Assembly: GCF_964355755.1 (NCBI RefSeq)
Contig: NC_092680.1
Coordinates: 6,014,001-6,078,000, forward strand
Direction: 5' to 3'
Length of the DNA stretch: 64,000 nucleotides
Origin: Antedon mediterranea
Taxonomy: Eukaryota > Animalia > Echinodermata
The notes under the pieces were generated by a model that saw only the letters and a program-made list of their open reading frames with translations, was not told the DNA's origin and did no database searches. Below, piece by piece: positions 24,771-39,699 of the stretch. Each line of letters starts with the position of its first letter. Position 1 is the stretch's first letter. The position numbers and the translations under genes are program-made.

Positions 24771-27590
24771 TTAGTATAGTCAAAGAAATGTACATATTAA
24801 TCATGTGGTTTATTTGACATCATCGTCATTTATTATATGATGATACATATAATTACCTTTATTTTTCTTCATTATTATTTTTGTATTGATAATTTTTTAA
24901 GTGATTCAAATTTCATTGATTCATAGAAAAATCTACCAATCAAGCATTTGGTAACTTACTTCATCCTCTACACAATAAAACTAGAAACCATTCATGTTAC
25001 TCTAGCTTAGCTTAATTGCGACGCTGATGAAAAAGATGTCTTGTTATTTGAATACACTGCACCTGTGACCCAAAGGACTGAAATTCATGTAGCGTAACCA
25101 TTACGCCGTATCTGCCCTATCGTTATCGTCGTATCATTATGACTTTGCTTATCACAATTCAAATAACTAGAGGTCCAAGTTGACTCTGGAGACTAATTGA
25201 AAATGGATGCTTCATTTGTTGCTGCGCGTCTGTGCGCTAGCTTTATGTGTTGGTGTACGTGTTTACTGTCTGTACACGTACTACGTTTTTTTCCACTCTA
25301 GTTTTCTATTCGTAGCAACTAAAACAAGATTCTACATGCAATTTTATTCAATTTTATTTTATTGTTACCTGGCAAAATGCCAAGTATATTACTTGATATG
25401 TATGTGTTTTTCTTTGCGAAATAACATCCATATTTTTATCATCCTGAATTTTAAAAAAAGGCAAAACTATATATATACAAAAATCCACATGATATACTGA
25501 TGTCACAAAAGCATATCTGTCAATGAAGAGGGTTCACTAAAATAGTTCAGTAATTTGTAGCGTTGAAAATGGGTCAAAACGCTCTTGCTAAAAAATTGTT
25601 AACGAAACATAATTTGCATGTTGCAGGGTAACTATATATTAAACTAATACTACGATAATGCTAAAGCTTAATTTTAACAAAACAAACAAATTATAATAAA
25701 ACATGTTTCGCTTTTAAAATGAACCAAACCTCTGCTTCACAAAACAACATGCCTACATGCTGATCTTAACAGCACTTAAAAATGTTTCTTTTAGTATCAT
25801 AGTAATATTTTCTACTGAAATGGATTGTTTAGTGAGCGAATATGATATTGACACGCCTGAATCATCCTGAGAATTGGAAAGCATTTTGCCAAATACCTCG
25901 CTCAGTTTCTAAGAAATTGATTAATTTATTTATTTCTAATAATATCAACAATAATTATAGTATGTCATTTTAAATCTATCTGTCAATTAACCTATTTAAT
26001 TAAGTGACATAACATTACAATAGTAAACCTATAGTATTAATTTCCTAGAAAACGGAAAATGATTTTGTTCATATTACGTCACATTATGTAAAGCTACCGT
26101 ATAATGTAAATTTGTATCATTGGACGTGAATTGAGGAGACTGTGTAATAATAGTTTAGTGTAGTTCTATTCGGTAATCAAAATAAAATACGGAACACATC
26201 CTTAATCGCAGGAACGTCAACATAAGTTTTTGTCAATTCTCCATCTCATTTTATATTCTTGGTATCCCAAGATCCCTCCTGAGACGAAATGACTATTGAC
26301 GTTTTAAAATGCATCACCTATGGCAACGGTGGACGTCTGAAACAAATATGTGTGTCGGTTGAGATTCATATCTCAACTATACGATACGCGAGTGCCAATT
26401 AAAGGCGAAAAAGTAGATTCAAACATGTCTTACCTAATTTTTAATGGAAAAAATATTATAAAGTATTGTATTTATAATATTTTAGATAGAATGAAATACT
26501 ATATAGTTGATGTCAGTTGATTGCTTTGTTTTTTGTTTTTTTAAATAAAAGTGCACAGAAAAATCTTATCAGTCATATAACACTTTTTCAATTCTACAAT
26601 CTACATTCTACAAACAATTGTTTAGGAATATGAAATCATTTTTATTGTCTTGTCCTGATTCGTAGACTTCATTCAAAATCAATATTACATCATGTACAAT
26701 ATTTCCGTGTTAATATCCGTAAGAATGGTATTTTTTGTAGAATTTCGTCTGTTTATAACAACTGTGTCAAAATCCTGAATTAGATATCTTTTATTGTACC
26801 TTTTCTAAAGTTTAAGTATATTGTTTATGAATTGGTTAACACTGCTGCCAACCTATAGGTTGATTAACTATTATATTAGGCTTTTCTTTGTTGTTTTGAT
26901 ATGTGTTTTTATATTTACATCTATATTTAGGTGATCATTTCATTCTGTAATTGGTGTATACACTTTTGGATGTGAAAGAATAAAAAATAGAGAGATTTAT
27001 GGTTCGTCGTCTCAAAACGTTGGTACAGGATTTCGTAAAAAATTCATCCACACTACAATCGTTCAATTAATTTAAGGAAATTAACCCATACTATTTAAAA
27101 TACTTCTTAAGCAATGAGCCTTATGTTTTGCATATCTGTCATTCAACCACTATACACAACAAGCTAACAATGTTAATAATAATCATAAAAATTAACTGAT
27201 TTATGAGGTACACGTCTTGCCTTTGTATGCATGTTTTATGTGTTATTAAATCGATGACAGAATGTATTAACATTGTATTTAAATAGTTGTAAAGATTTAA
27301 TACCAGTATTACAAAATATTAATTAATCTGATAAAGAAATTTAAAAAAAATTGTATTGATTTGTTTTAATTAAATTAAATTTATTCAAAAATACCCCAAA
27401 AATGAGAATCTAATGTTCCTGTGCAATGTTACGCTAAATCTTCCAATCAGCTGCCACTACTCAGCCATGCACTATGCCATGCAAGTCTTGGCGTAGTTCC
27501 TCGTAATGTTTTTTTATAAAATACACTGTTTATTTAATAAAGTTGTCCACTGAATAGGGACATATATGTACACTTGTTTGTTTGATGAGA

Positions 27591-27721
27591 GGGTGTCCCA
27601 TAATAGATGTGTCCCATAGAGGGTGTCCCATAATAGATGTGTGTCCCATAAGGTGTCCCATAATAGATGTGTGTCCCATAAGGTGTCCCATAATAGATGT
27701 GTGTCCCATAAGGTGTCTCAT
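27591..27721. repeat. 30-bp minisatellite, about 4 copies
   Basis: gtgtcccataaggtgtcccataatagatgt repeated; shares the gtgtccc core with the 17.3-kb array. Confidence 0.85.
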
Positions 27722-28495
27722 GAATAGTGGCTTTCCAACAATGGAGGATTTATTTATTTATTTATTCGGGTATAAAACTTACAACAAGTAGCCACAGGGC
27801 TAAAAACGTTGCATTTACAAAATTACTGTACAATTTATAACAGTGAAAAGGGTGTAATAAAAATAAAGTAAAAGGTACAACAATATCGCTCTGTCGCTTT
27901 GGCTCTATGAACTATTGTTTAGCAATTAATTATTGTAGGGATGGGTGAATTTTTTAATATTTCGTACTACTGTAGATTATCACACCTGACTTTTAGCAAA
28001 GGTAAATTTAACTATACATTTCTATTGTACAATTCGTTTTCTAAAACAAGTCATTTTGTAGTCCATGTTCTAATTATCTCATTTCGCTGTTACTATTATC
28101 AACCCTATATCCTTCAGCTATACTTCTTTAAGAAATAAATACAAATGGCATTATTATTGTTACTAATAATAAAACATGAGAATGTAGGTGTATTTGTAGA
28201 ACATGTCTTTACCAGACTATTGTTGCACACAATTCTATATTTTTTCATTTTGCATTTATTGTGTTGCCATTTCCAGTATGGTTATTAGTTTCAATGGCAT
28301 ATACAAATTTCATTTTTAATATTTTCACATGTTATGTCCTACTTTTTCTGACCTATGCAATACTGATATGGATGAGTTTTATTTGTTATAGATGTATTTG
28401 TAATATTTAATACTGTAGATGTTGTACGTCAGTATACTACTTTTGAGCAGGCTTTGAATGTTCTATAGAAACATCAAGCAATACCACTTTCTTAT

Positions 28496-28650
28496 TCCAA
28501 TACTGTACTCTCGAAAACTAGAAACTCATCCAATAACAGACTTGTCTTGAGGACCAAAAGGTCCCAAATTTCTCTTTACTATTAAAAACACATTCCGCAT
28601 ACCAGACTTTCTTGAAAATTAGACATATTTGGCCGGCCTAAAGGTGTCCA
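28496..28650. repeat. Dispersed repeat, copy 2 (inverted relative to 10738-10905)
   Basis: Aligns by eye with the reverse complement of 10738-10905. Confidence 0.7.
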
Positions 28651-30729
28651 CAAACATGAGAATAATAGTTTTAAATAGTAGCTATAATAGCTCACATAAA
28701 AATTCTGGACATGAACTTTTTAAAAATGTTCTCGTCACAATTGCATGATCACAAACATGAGATTAATAGTTAAATATCAAAATATTTTTTTTTAAATGTT
28801 ATTCGTCCTTATTGGTGGTCATGCCAGAATGTGTAGTTGACTTGTGGTTGCACAGTTAATGAGATGTATTTTTCTCCAGGGGTTGAAACATTCTGTCCGT
28901 ATAGCTCTTGTACCAATTATTCATTCAACATGTCGAAAACTGCATTACAGTTAAACAACATTTGAATAACACTGCGATACTGGTGGTTTCAGACTAATGG
29001 AAACGAGTCCGCAAAGAGAATTATTTAATGGCTTATCTTGGGGTTTGATATATAACTCAAATATCATTGCTGTTATCATTATTATTATTGCTACGCATTT
29101 CACCAAAGGTGTACAGAGCACAGTTTACATCGTACACTATCCATATTTAGATTATACATTCATATCCACAAAATATATCATTAACGCAAGGATATTTATT
29201 TCCTATGCCTATTGCTTTTTAGAAAGAATTAGAAAATAGAGTTTATTATGATATGGCACAGTCATCTGCACTTGTGGTGTGGATATGCTGAGTTCAAATA
29301 TCATAATATGCTCTCTGTATATGTTCCCATTTTCAAGTGGGTTTGCATACTATTATTGCACATTCCTACAGTAGAACCAGGCCTTGTAAAATTATTATAA
29401 ATTATAGGTGTGCTGTTTGTATTTTGGTGTGTAGAAGTTTACCAAATTTAAGCGTGTTGTAAATCGCCCTCCTCAAGGGCAGTTTAGGAGTGTGTTAGGT
29501 GAGTGATCGCACTCGCTCGCCTTAAAAGACAAGGCCTGTAGACCTCTTCCTTTGGGACATTGCCCCTATTCAATTCAATTCGACTTTATTTCAGACAAAC
29601 TGTCCATATGAAAAATATAAATACACTAAAAAAGAGAAAGAAAGCATAATGTGACAACCGTCCTAGAAAGAGGACAAAACATTATCTGTTGACATATTGT
29701 AGTGCCTCTCTCCCTTTTTAAGGGGATATTTTTCCATGAAAAGATCGAGGGTCATTATGTGTTCATTAGAACTTTCTGAATGTCATGTCAATTTTATGAC
29801 AGGTCTTATTATTATGAGAAATACATTTTGTATAAACAGTTTAAAATAACTTGTTTTCAAGTTTCATCATTTGTATGCCTTGTAATGCTTAAGGAGTGTG
29901 GTTAATATGTTAATTTCTTTTATTATGTAACTAACTACTGTATATATATATACAATTTGCACATAAACCAGACTAGACTACTTCATATCTATGGAACAAT
30001 TTTATGTAAATTTGTTTTGCTTCTAGTTTTAGGAATTTATAATTATGTTTACCGTTTTAGACTTCTACACCTTTTTCTTCAATCCTGTCTTTCTCACCTT
30101 TAATAGGTAACTTTAGTCTTAAAGTATGGAAGCTGTACATAGTTTAAGGAGTTTTATTTAAATCTAGTGCGGGTAATATAAGATGAAACACTTCAGTTTG
30201 ATAAGCAATCCACACCTTTTCGGATGATATACTGTACTCTGTATAATCCTACATGATGTTTGATAGCGTTTTAAGATAACAGTTATACAAGTAATGAATG
30301 TTTGGATGTTGAATGGAGAAAATTTTTCAAATATTGACGTTCAATGAATTCAAATATTCTCCACATTCGATGAATAAAAAACATGAGCTCTATGTTTTAT
30401 ATCCTTTAATTTTATTCCGGTACTTATTTATTTATTTATTTATTTGAACTTACCCCTGGCACTCAATCAATGACAATTGGTGCGTTCTTTAGTAAAAGTT
30501 ACAAATTCACAAACTTAACTAAACAAATATGTTTTAAAAAAAAAAAATCATAAACATTAACTAAAGTCTCCAACAAAATAACAATTTGAAACTTAAATTA
30601 ACTGATAACATTCAGTAATACAGATCTTAATCTACTATAAAGATTGAGCATGCTTAATTTCTGATCTTTTCTTCCAAGCTCTCTTGACATAAAGTTTACA
30701 AAATCTATCAAAAATCTGCTCTACTTCAT

Positions 30730-31055
30730 TATGTGTCCATCCACATTTTTCTTGATCTGATCCTCCAGTTCCAACATATCTTAGCTATTTTCTTATCATT
30801 CATTCTTTCCAGTTGATCAAGCCATGTCTCTGGATCTCCTCATTTCTTGTTTTGTCATTGCTCTGAGGGGTCTCATTTTTTTAATCCTACTCCAATCTGT
30901 TGTTGTTATTGCCCATGTTTCTGTACCATACATCAATGTAGTGAACAGGACTGTTTCAAAGAGTATTTGCTTGGTTTTCTTGGGAACATGTTTGTTTTTA
31001 AGAATGGGATACAGAGCACCCACATTCCTGCTGAATTTCCCAATTCTCTTTGTTA
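30730..31055 (-). mobile_element. Degenerate RTE-clade LINE fragment (RT C-terminal region)
   Basis: KRIGKFSRNVGALYPILKNKHVPKKTKQILFETVLFTTLMYGTETW, then frameshifted QLERMNDKKIAKDML...RSRKMWMD. The LxYGxETW, RM and R-x-R-x-x-W-x-D motifs are typical of RTE elements. Confidence 0.8.
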
Positions 31056-31099
31056 TATCCAGTCTCTCTGTTATATCCAGTCTCTCTGTTATATCCATA

Positions 31100-31180
31100 T
31101 CTATATTTTACCTAAAAATTCCATCGAATGGATAAAATGTAGGCTGGCATATAAAGGTGCACTTGAATGGAATAGCTTGG
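31100..31180 (+). mobile_element. Tiny remnant of an L2/CR1-type LINE ORF2 C-terminus
   Basis: YILPKNSIEWIKCRLAYKGALEWNSL resembles the terminal L.LP......K..F.Y.GA..WN.L motif. Confidence 0.5.
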
Positions 31181-33289
31181 TGTGGATATTCATTTGTCCA
31201 AAACCCTATGATTACATAAAGTTAATTATGCTATTGAATGTCAAGACTAGGCCATGTAAAAAGCATCTAAATGTTTGCTGTAGTAGACCAGCAGAGCAGT
31301 TGCACTGGTCAGTTTCCTATCCTGCCATATTCAGGCCTACAGAGTTGCATACAAAATCACAATTTTTTTTATAAAAAGTTACCTTCAATAGAATAAATGT
31401 ACAGCATGTGATAGATAATCAGTCAAATAGCAAGTACAGAGATGATTCTTTTATTTTGCTCACAGGTTCTGGTTTTTTTTTCTTAAAAAATTAACGATTT
31501 ACCACACAGTAAAAACAGTTTTTCTTCCTTGCATGACTACACATAATATATGTAAATAAATATATGACAAGCAATTTATTTTTGTTTTTATAATTATTGT
31601 TATAAAGAAGATTGTGAAGAAAAAATATTAATGTTTTAAAATTAATGCAAACAAAACTAAATAAAAAAAAATCAAATATTATTTTATTGAATTAAGTTTA
31701 GGTAAAGAACAAAACACAGAGAACTGGATACACATTTTAAACAATTTAAAAGCTCTAGACTTACATTACTGTATATAAAATACATAAACGATATTGAAGA
31801 TAATATGATCTGGTTGTTTTATTACGCAATATATCTAGGTATACGTTATTCAATTTCCACAAACAAAATTAAAATAGTAAGGCTTCAGTTCGAAGCCTAA
31901 AACTGTTGTCTCACAAAATAATAGAGATTTTTGTAAATTTGGTATAATTATCTTAATACAGTTCCCTAGGTTTAAAAATCTATGTTTTATTTATCAAATT
32001 AACCATTGTTTTAAAAATTAGGGCAAAAAATCTGCTTTTTATGCAGTGGAAAGTACTTAAATTTCTAATTAGCACAAAAAAGCATACGTAATGACTTATT
32101 TGCAATGTTGAATGGCCATCAACGAGGCTACAAGGTATACTACATGGTTATTTCGACATGCCTTTTAGGCTGAAAGTTTAATTATTGTAATTTTCATTGG
32201 TAATTACGTTCCATATGTGCATAATCATTTACCTAAATGAGATTTTTCTTTCTACGGGCCTGTTTATCCTACGGAGAATTTATTCTTTCATATTTCAGCG
32301 TGCAACTAAATATCAGTCCTAGCAACTTTAAACCCACTACAATTTTGTTATGTAAGATCCAGGTACCATATTAGCATGACACTGACTAGTTTTGAATCAT
32401 CACATGATTTTGTTGAACCAATCAAATGTATTGCTTTGATTTGACCAGGCTTAATCCCTGAATTGAACTAGAAAAATTTGACATTGTGAAAAAATCAAAT
32501 TTATCAAAATCATCCACACAACACATTCATATTTATATTATTATTATTATACCATCTATTCTTAGTAAAATTTGCAGCAAAACAAATTGAATTTACGCGA
32601 TAACACTTTGATTATCACAGAAAATGTACCAAAGCAGTTTGAAGAAAATACAGATATATATTTTCCAAGAAGCGGTCCAGTTATGAGGTAAAAGAGAAGA
32701 CAAAAAATTGTAATCAAATATTTGGGTTTTTTTTAATGAGAAAATTCGATATTGATGCTTTAACATTTGACCTGCCTTTCAATACAAAATCATAACTCTG
32801 TAGGTCTGAACAGTATAAAAATCCTTAGGTGGTTTTTGTATTGGATAGCCTTTAGTTGACCTGCCTACTAGTTACACCTGAGCGATTTTTCCCAGGGTTC
32901 ACTTTTCATAAGTATGTTTATTGAATCAGTCTAGCGCCATCTGTAGGTTATTGTATCTCTTTTTGCAGTTGAGAAATTTCATATTTTAATATTATAGATT
33001 GTAATAATATAGTGTACCTGTGAAGGTATGAATAATAATAGTAGGATAATACTGTATTAGGAAAAATTTTATAAAAATATAGTTAATAATAATAATTATC
33101 TATTATCTATATTAGTATAACACTACTTGAATTTGAGAATCTAGGCAATCTCACACTCAGATTTTACTTAAATGAGAAAGAAAAATATCATTTAAAAAAT
33201 GGAAATTTAATTAGAAAATTATTTGATTGGTTTCCTAGAGAGATTTTCTTGAATATTTTTATTTCATATCTATTAATAACTCTATAAAT

Positions 33290-33421
33290 TATTTATTATT
33301 TATTTTATGTCTTTAGGCAATGTGGCCAAGGATTACCAATATCAGATAGGTGGTAATCCCCCTGATACAGGGGCTATTGTGTGAACCAGTTCACCGGGGT
33401 AACCCCCTACTCTTTTTCGAA
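33290..33421 (-). mobile_element. 5'-truncated copy of the SINE at 53616-53971
   Basis: Near-identical tgtctttaggcaatgtggccaaggattaccaata...cagataggtggtaatccccctgatacaggggctattgtgtgaaccagttcaccggggtaaccccctactctttttcgaa; lacks 20 internal bases. Confidence 0.9.
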
Positions 33422-36400
33422 ATAGGCCTAATGCAGAAGGAGATGCTTAACAGGCATATTAATTTCTTTTTTTAACAGTCTAGACCATTTCTATAATTTG
33501 TTACAAGTTTTAAACATATTTTTGGCACACCTTTTTTCTAAACATATCATATTTGTAAATAAACTAAAATTGTACAATCTTTTACATGATTCACATGAGA
33601 GTATAATAAAAGTGAAGGCTGAAATATTGCCAAGAGAGCAGGTTGTAGGCTGAGGCTGAATACCCCTCCCTGATTACTTTGACTACTGTCTCCTCAGCTG
33701 GTCTAGGCCAAGGACTTCTGTACCTATTAGCTTGATAGCTTTAATACCCTTCAACCCTTTAAACGTTCAAGGGCTTGAAGATCTACGGCCTTTCGCATGA
33801 ACAAGTACAATTTTGGCTATACATACAATTTAAGTAAACATAATAAAAATGTAAAACCAATTTTCACCTCTGTTCTCTTATGTATATACTTTCAGAATAT
33901 GTCATAATTTCAAAATTAATATATATTGGTGTTTAGCTTCTTTAATAGGCATTTTTTCTATACCGCCTTTTGGGCGTCATGTTAAATCATTGTGCGCATG
34001 CAGAGATATTAGGAGTTGTGTGTCCTAGCCCCTCACTTCGACACAGGTCTCTAGATCCACATGACGACCGATGATACAATAATTGATCTAGGTTGGTCGT
34101 CGCCCAAAATCCGTCTGATATTTGGTAGACAGATAGGAACCAAATTCTGCAATCATGGTGGTGATTAGTTTTCTTGTGATTAGTTGACTTTTTTTTCAAA
34201 TAATATTGGCAACTGTGTGAAAAGGATGTTAGTGAAAATTGAAAGACGATTACATTTGTTGAGTGTTGCTGAACATTTCATTGCTGAATACGTATTATGA
34301 AGATTATCGAATGCTATGCTTCATCAAGACAAACGTCAAAATAGACAGGTATACCAACCCTATTACAGTATTATCCGATATTGATTGATAATTGATATTG
34401 ATTGATTGATAATAAATAATCGATAATTTCACAAGTATACTACTAATTCTACATCAGGAAATTAATAATCTTGTATGATTTTTGGTATTAAATTCAGTAT
34501 ATTCATTCAACACACTCTTTATTTTCCATTCTCAAAAAGAGAAAATGAAGCCAAAACCAAAAAAAAAAGTATTAAAATAAGTTAATATTCACATTAAAAA
34601 TTCATTTGCATTGTTATAAATTCATGTTTAAAAAAAATATAATTTCAACCAATTTTCGATTTTAATCGTTATTAGATGATAAAAATCTGAAACTGTTTAG
34701 AAATATAACTCGTTTTTTATATAAAAAAAATTATCATTCATTTAACCAAAATAACCATTGATCAGGATACGAGTAAATATTAACTCGAATGAAATGACAA
34801 CCATTAATTGTTTGTTCCATCCTTTTAGAACAAGTCAAGAATGATCATCATTATATTCATAGTTGAGTTGAAAAATCCCATTGATTAGAGTTATTTTGAG
34901 GTTAGAAACACCCAAATCTATAGATTTTGATCTTTCTCAATGCATTATTTGAATCGTGAATGACGATCACAAGATGAGATACAAAGATGGCTATGAATGA
35001 TATTCATACTGCTAATAAATAGCTTTTTCAATCCGCAAAACTGATTTTTTAACATGTTTTTGTAGTATTCTGTGCAATATTACAATAGGTATTGTCTGTA
35101 TTCCAGACTTGGTCGTCACACTGCAGTTGTCTCTTTTACGCAAGGCCATTGCTTTTGATAAAAATTATCTTTGATTTCTCTTGTGTTCGTTAATCTTTGT
35201 TTAGTTCTCATGTCTTTCATGGTTCAGTGGATAAGTAATCCTATCTTAATCGGCTAACCTATTCAATTGTATTCTTTTGAAACTGTGGCTTTTTAAAAGT
35301 TTACCTTTTCTTATTATATTGTATATGTAAAACTAAAACCTTGATTTTTGGATTTAGTTTATCCCGTGATAAATACCAATGAAATGAAATAAACATACCA
35401 TACATATTTCCTTAATTATAAAAAAAAATGTTAGATTTAAATGAAATATTAATGTTTCTTTAAAAGAATTATATTTAATACTATCAATGATACATTTCTA
35501 TTCTAGTTTAGTATACATTTGGTATATTATTATGTAAGTGAAAATTGGACCAGAGAGGAAGTATTACAAAAGAAACGTTATTCTCCTCCACAGAGGCTTT
35601 TAAGGGATATACTGTACTTAAGTCGTGTCTGAAATAATGTTGAAAATATATTTATTTTCTACAAAGTATTAATAAAATATATTTTCATTTTTATTACAAT
35701 CATACATGTAGTATATTTTGTATTGAATTGAAGATACTTTTTGAATTCTAATATCCTTCAGAATGCCATACAAATCACCAACCAGTTGTAATTTTGAAAT
35801 CAACATTTGTAGATAGTAGAAACGAGGTTTTCTCATTAAAATTGCAATACAGACTGTCGCTTTTTTTAATGTATGTTCATTTACACTGTGCGCCACATAG
35901 ACATTATTCGACAGTGAATATCATGCGTAATTAACGTTAGTATGACATACCAAAAGAAACGCTGCGAAACACGCCATCAGAAATGATCGCAGGTTCAAGG
36001 TTATCGCTTTCTGATTATGAACATTTCTTTTGAATTATCGTCATCAATTTTTAACGTGAGAAGACCACATGCTCGTTTCAAATCGTAGTGCCATTAATGT
36101 TTTTTCTTCTTGTGTCTTTCTGATTAGTTTTGAAATTTGTTATTTCGGAATAAAAACATTTTAAATTAAAATCAGTTTTAAATAAATAAAATTTCTGATT
36201 AATTTTACTATTCATTTGACAGAACATACTGATGTTTTGTGATGAAATATTTTTACATAATTTTTGATATATAATATATAATTTACAACTCGCAAAGAAA
36301 TAAAAAGAAACATCTATATTTTGTTAAACATGAGTAAGTTTAGTTTGAATTATCATTAAATTTGCCAATATATGTCTGTAAATTCCAACTGAGGTTTTAT

Positions 36401-37622
36401 AAGTTTATAATATGAATGTCATATAAATCATTTTGCAATACACTGTACATTCTATTAATACATTCAATTCAATTTAAAAAATAACATTTATTTACATGCT
36501 TTTACCACCATAAAACAACAGTAATAGAAACAAAATAAATCGGTCAAAAAGACGATAGATTTCTTAATAAAAAAGCAAAACTTCAATTTATTATTTAAAA
36601 TTGAGAAACTGAATAAAATAATGCAGTGAAGGAAGGGAAATGCCCGAGAAGATAAGAACCTTGTTTTGGGTCAGTCTGTCATATCCAAAGAACATTAGTG
36701 TTGTTCTATAATGTTTTTAATGTAATTGATAATATATTTGCCTTTTATAATAAATTTAATCTTATTTTGATCTAAATACAAACATACACTTAAATCCATA
36801 AACATGCAATTTGCTTTTCAAGTGGACTGTTGATGTGAAGGACTGCTCAAGTGTAAGAACATAGTACCATATAATAAAAAGCATGTTATACTAATCCCCC
36901 ATCTGTAAGTGAGCCACGTTCTCTATTGCGAGGTTAGAACACTTCGTAATATATGCAAGTCAATGATGTGGAAATATTACTTTTTGACAGCCTCATATCA
37001 TTAGTAAATGACATATTTTCTTGCAAATGCGTCATGCATTGAGAATTTAAGTCAGAAACTTGAGGAAGGCGTATTCAAATTACGTAAAATATGCTTTTCG
37101 GATTTGCCGACAAATGTTGATTTCCATATAAAACATACTGTTTATTTTAACAAATTCTAAACCACCCAGTGATATACAGAATATTAATTAATTTTGACAA
37201 GATAAAGATGAGGAATCTGAATGTGAAAAAGCCACCCCAACTGTTTTGTAATATTGTATTATAAATTCAATGGAAAATTATTGAAAAAAAAATTACAAAC
37301 TGGCTGTATTTTGTTGGAGATATAAATAAATCAAAATGATAAAGTAAAGCAGAAAGAAAGAAAGTTGTGAACTTTTGGAAAATGCTATTTCTTCGTTTGT
37401 CAGGTATTCAGAGAGAAGGAGCTGTCTGAGTAGATTATATATGTATAAAATAATATATTTTATTAAAGTATTTTGAGTGCCGAAAATCAAGTATGGTGGC
37501 TAATTATACTTGCAATTCGTGCTGGGTCACTAGTTTCCTCAAAGTGTTTAGGTTATGTTACAGCAATTTTCATTTAATTATGTTTAAAATGGCCAAACAC
37601 ACATTTGCAATTGTCACATATC

Positions 37623-37639
37623 AGGTCACAGAGAGGTCA
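37623..37639 (+). promoter_or_regulatory. Perfect DR5 nuclear-receptor element (RARE-like)
   Basis: AGGTCA cagag AGGTCA. The motif is certain; function is unproven. Confidence 0.4.
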
Positions 37640-39699
37640 GATCCCTCCCATCCTTAGGACCAGTATCAACTATTATTGAATAATAACCCTAAATAATATA
37701 TATACAGCACTTTTAAGAACATTCAGAATTGAATGAAATGTGTGTGAACGTGATGAAAATTATTTTTGATTATATATTGTAAGGTAACAAAATTAAAGAT
37801 TATTAAGCGTGAACCCTACCCCTCTTACCACCATTTTCCCCTCCCCTACTCTGGATCTGTGACTGTTGCTATGTAAATTAGCCATTCATGCAAATGTCAC
37901 CATAGTTTTCCTCTCATATTATATGTTTGCATAAATTTGCTGAAGTGTAATAGCTTGGTAAGTTTGAATTGCATGGATGCAATCAGAAACTGATGAGGAT
38001 TTGATAGTATAGCAATTTCAGTGTTGTGAATAATTTATCAAAAGTAGGGATGATATTAAAAGTAATAGATATTCTAGATTGTCTTGACAATCAAACTCGA
38101 TAGATAGTTTAATAGACGTTTAACATAATAGGATATTTGTAGAATATTGTATGTAAGTTATTGTTGGGGAAATTTGTCTTTAAATGTTTTTTTTTAAATT
38201 TTATTTACTTATTTCTATGAAATTTACAGTGTGAAAGTGAAATATATTTTCCCAGTTATTTACTTAGTCCGGGATATATCTGAACTTATATAGATAAACT
38301 CCTTCAAAAATGAGATTGGTAGATCAAGGTTTGATCTTTGTCAATTTTTAATAATAATTGTCTTTTAAATTAATACAAAATTATATCTATGGTATTGTTG
38401 ATTCGTTTCTGCGTTTTTGTCAAAAGTAGTGTCTTATCTGTGTTTGTTTTCCCACTGAATATAGTAAAATCTTATCATTTTTGGGACTTGTCCTGGTGGT
38501 CATAGTAAAACTTACACAGAATCACTGTTGACTCAACAACTCACAGTCCACAACATTGTACCAGTTGGTTCTATATCTATTTAAAAAAAATATATAATAT
38601 TTTTTAAAAATATAATAATATAAATTGTATTAATATTCAAAGGGTCACCATTTTGTTCATTTTCTTCTTTTCCAAGTTAGAATATAATTCTTAACTACCA
38701 TCAATCCCAATATGCATCAATCATTTTCATGTTATACATTTTCATCAACGTTAAGCTGACAGAAAACGATATTGGTGCGTAAGATCATTGAATATGGAAG
38801 AACGATAACTCACTGAAAGACTACGCTAGACACTGGCGCAGAATTCCAATTAGATACAGCGCCATGATAAACTGCTTAACTGCGATCAGTTTGGAATTAT
38901 TGAAGATTAGCAAATGAGCAAAATAATATGTATGAAGACTTAAACCTTTCAATAACCATTCATTTTAGACTAGTATTTAATATTAAGTGTTAATATAATT
39001 AGTTTTAAAATTATTTTATGTTTTATATTTTATTTAAGAAATTCTCATTAAAACAAAATGCAATATATAAATGACAAGACACCATAAAAAACAAAGAGAA
39101 CATCTGGATAACCCCCTTAATCTAGAAAGTTTGTTTCTAAAAGGTTCTTAAAAATAAATAATAAAAATTAAGAACAAACTGTTTCTTAGTTGAAGACTGT
39201 TACTCATTTGATAGTCATGTTACTTGGACAGAAGCATAAATCAGGTCATTTTTTATCTGATCTAGATGTATGATATGATGTCAAATATTGTCATTTTCAA
39301 TCCAGAAACGGATTTTAAATAATGGTCTTGCAGATGGAGACCTTAATAGACCTTTTAAATTTGTAATAAAACCAATTTCTGTTGACAAAAATTACTTTAA
39401 AAATAGTTTTATAGCCAATAGAAATAGGCGCTAAATATATTTATTTAGGTATTTAACTTTGACTAATTTAAACAATAATACTAGAAAACCAAGAGTTTAT
39501 GGCACTAGCAGATACACTTTTAAGCTTGACACATATTATGCATATTGTCAATATTGGTCCTTGGGTATAATTATAGAGGTCAATTATGCACAACATAAAA
39601 TAAACATAAAAAATTAAATGAATAAGTTGGGGTTTGTATAGCGCGGCAGTGTGCATTGTTTCTCCTTCTTATATTATTACTCCTATTCATGTTGAATGT

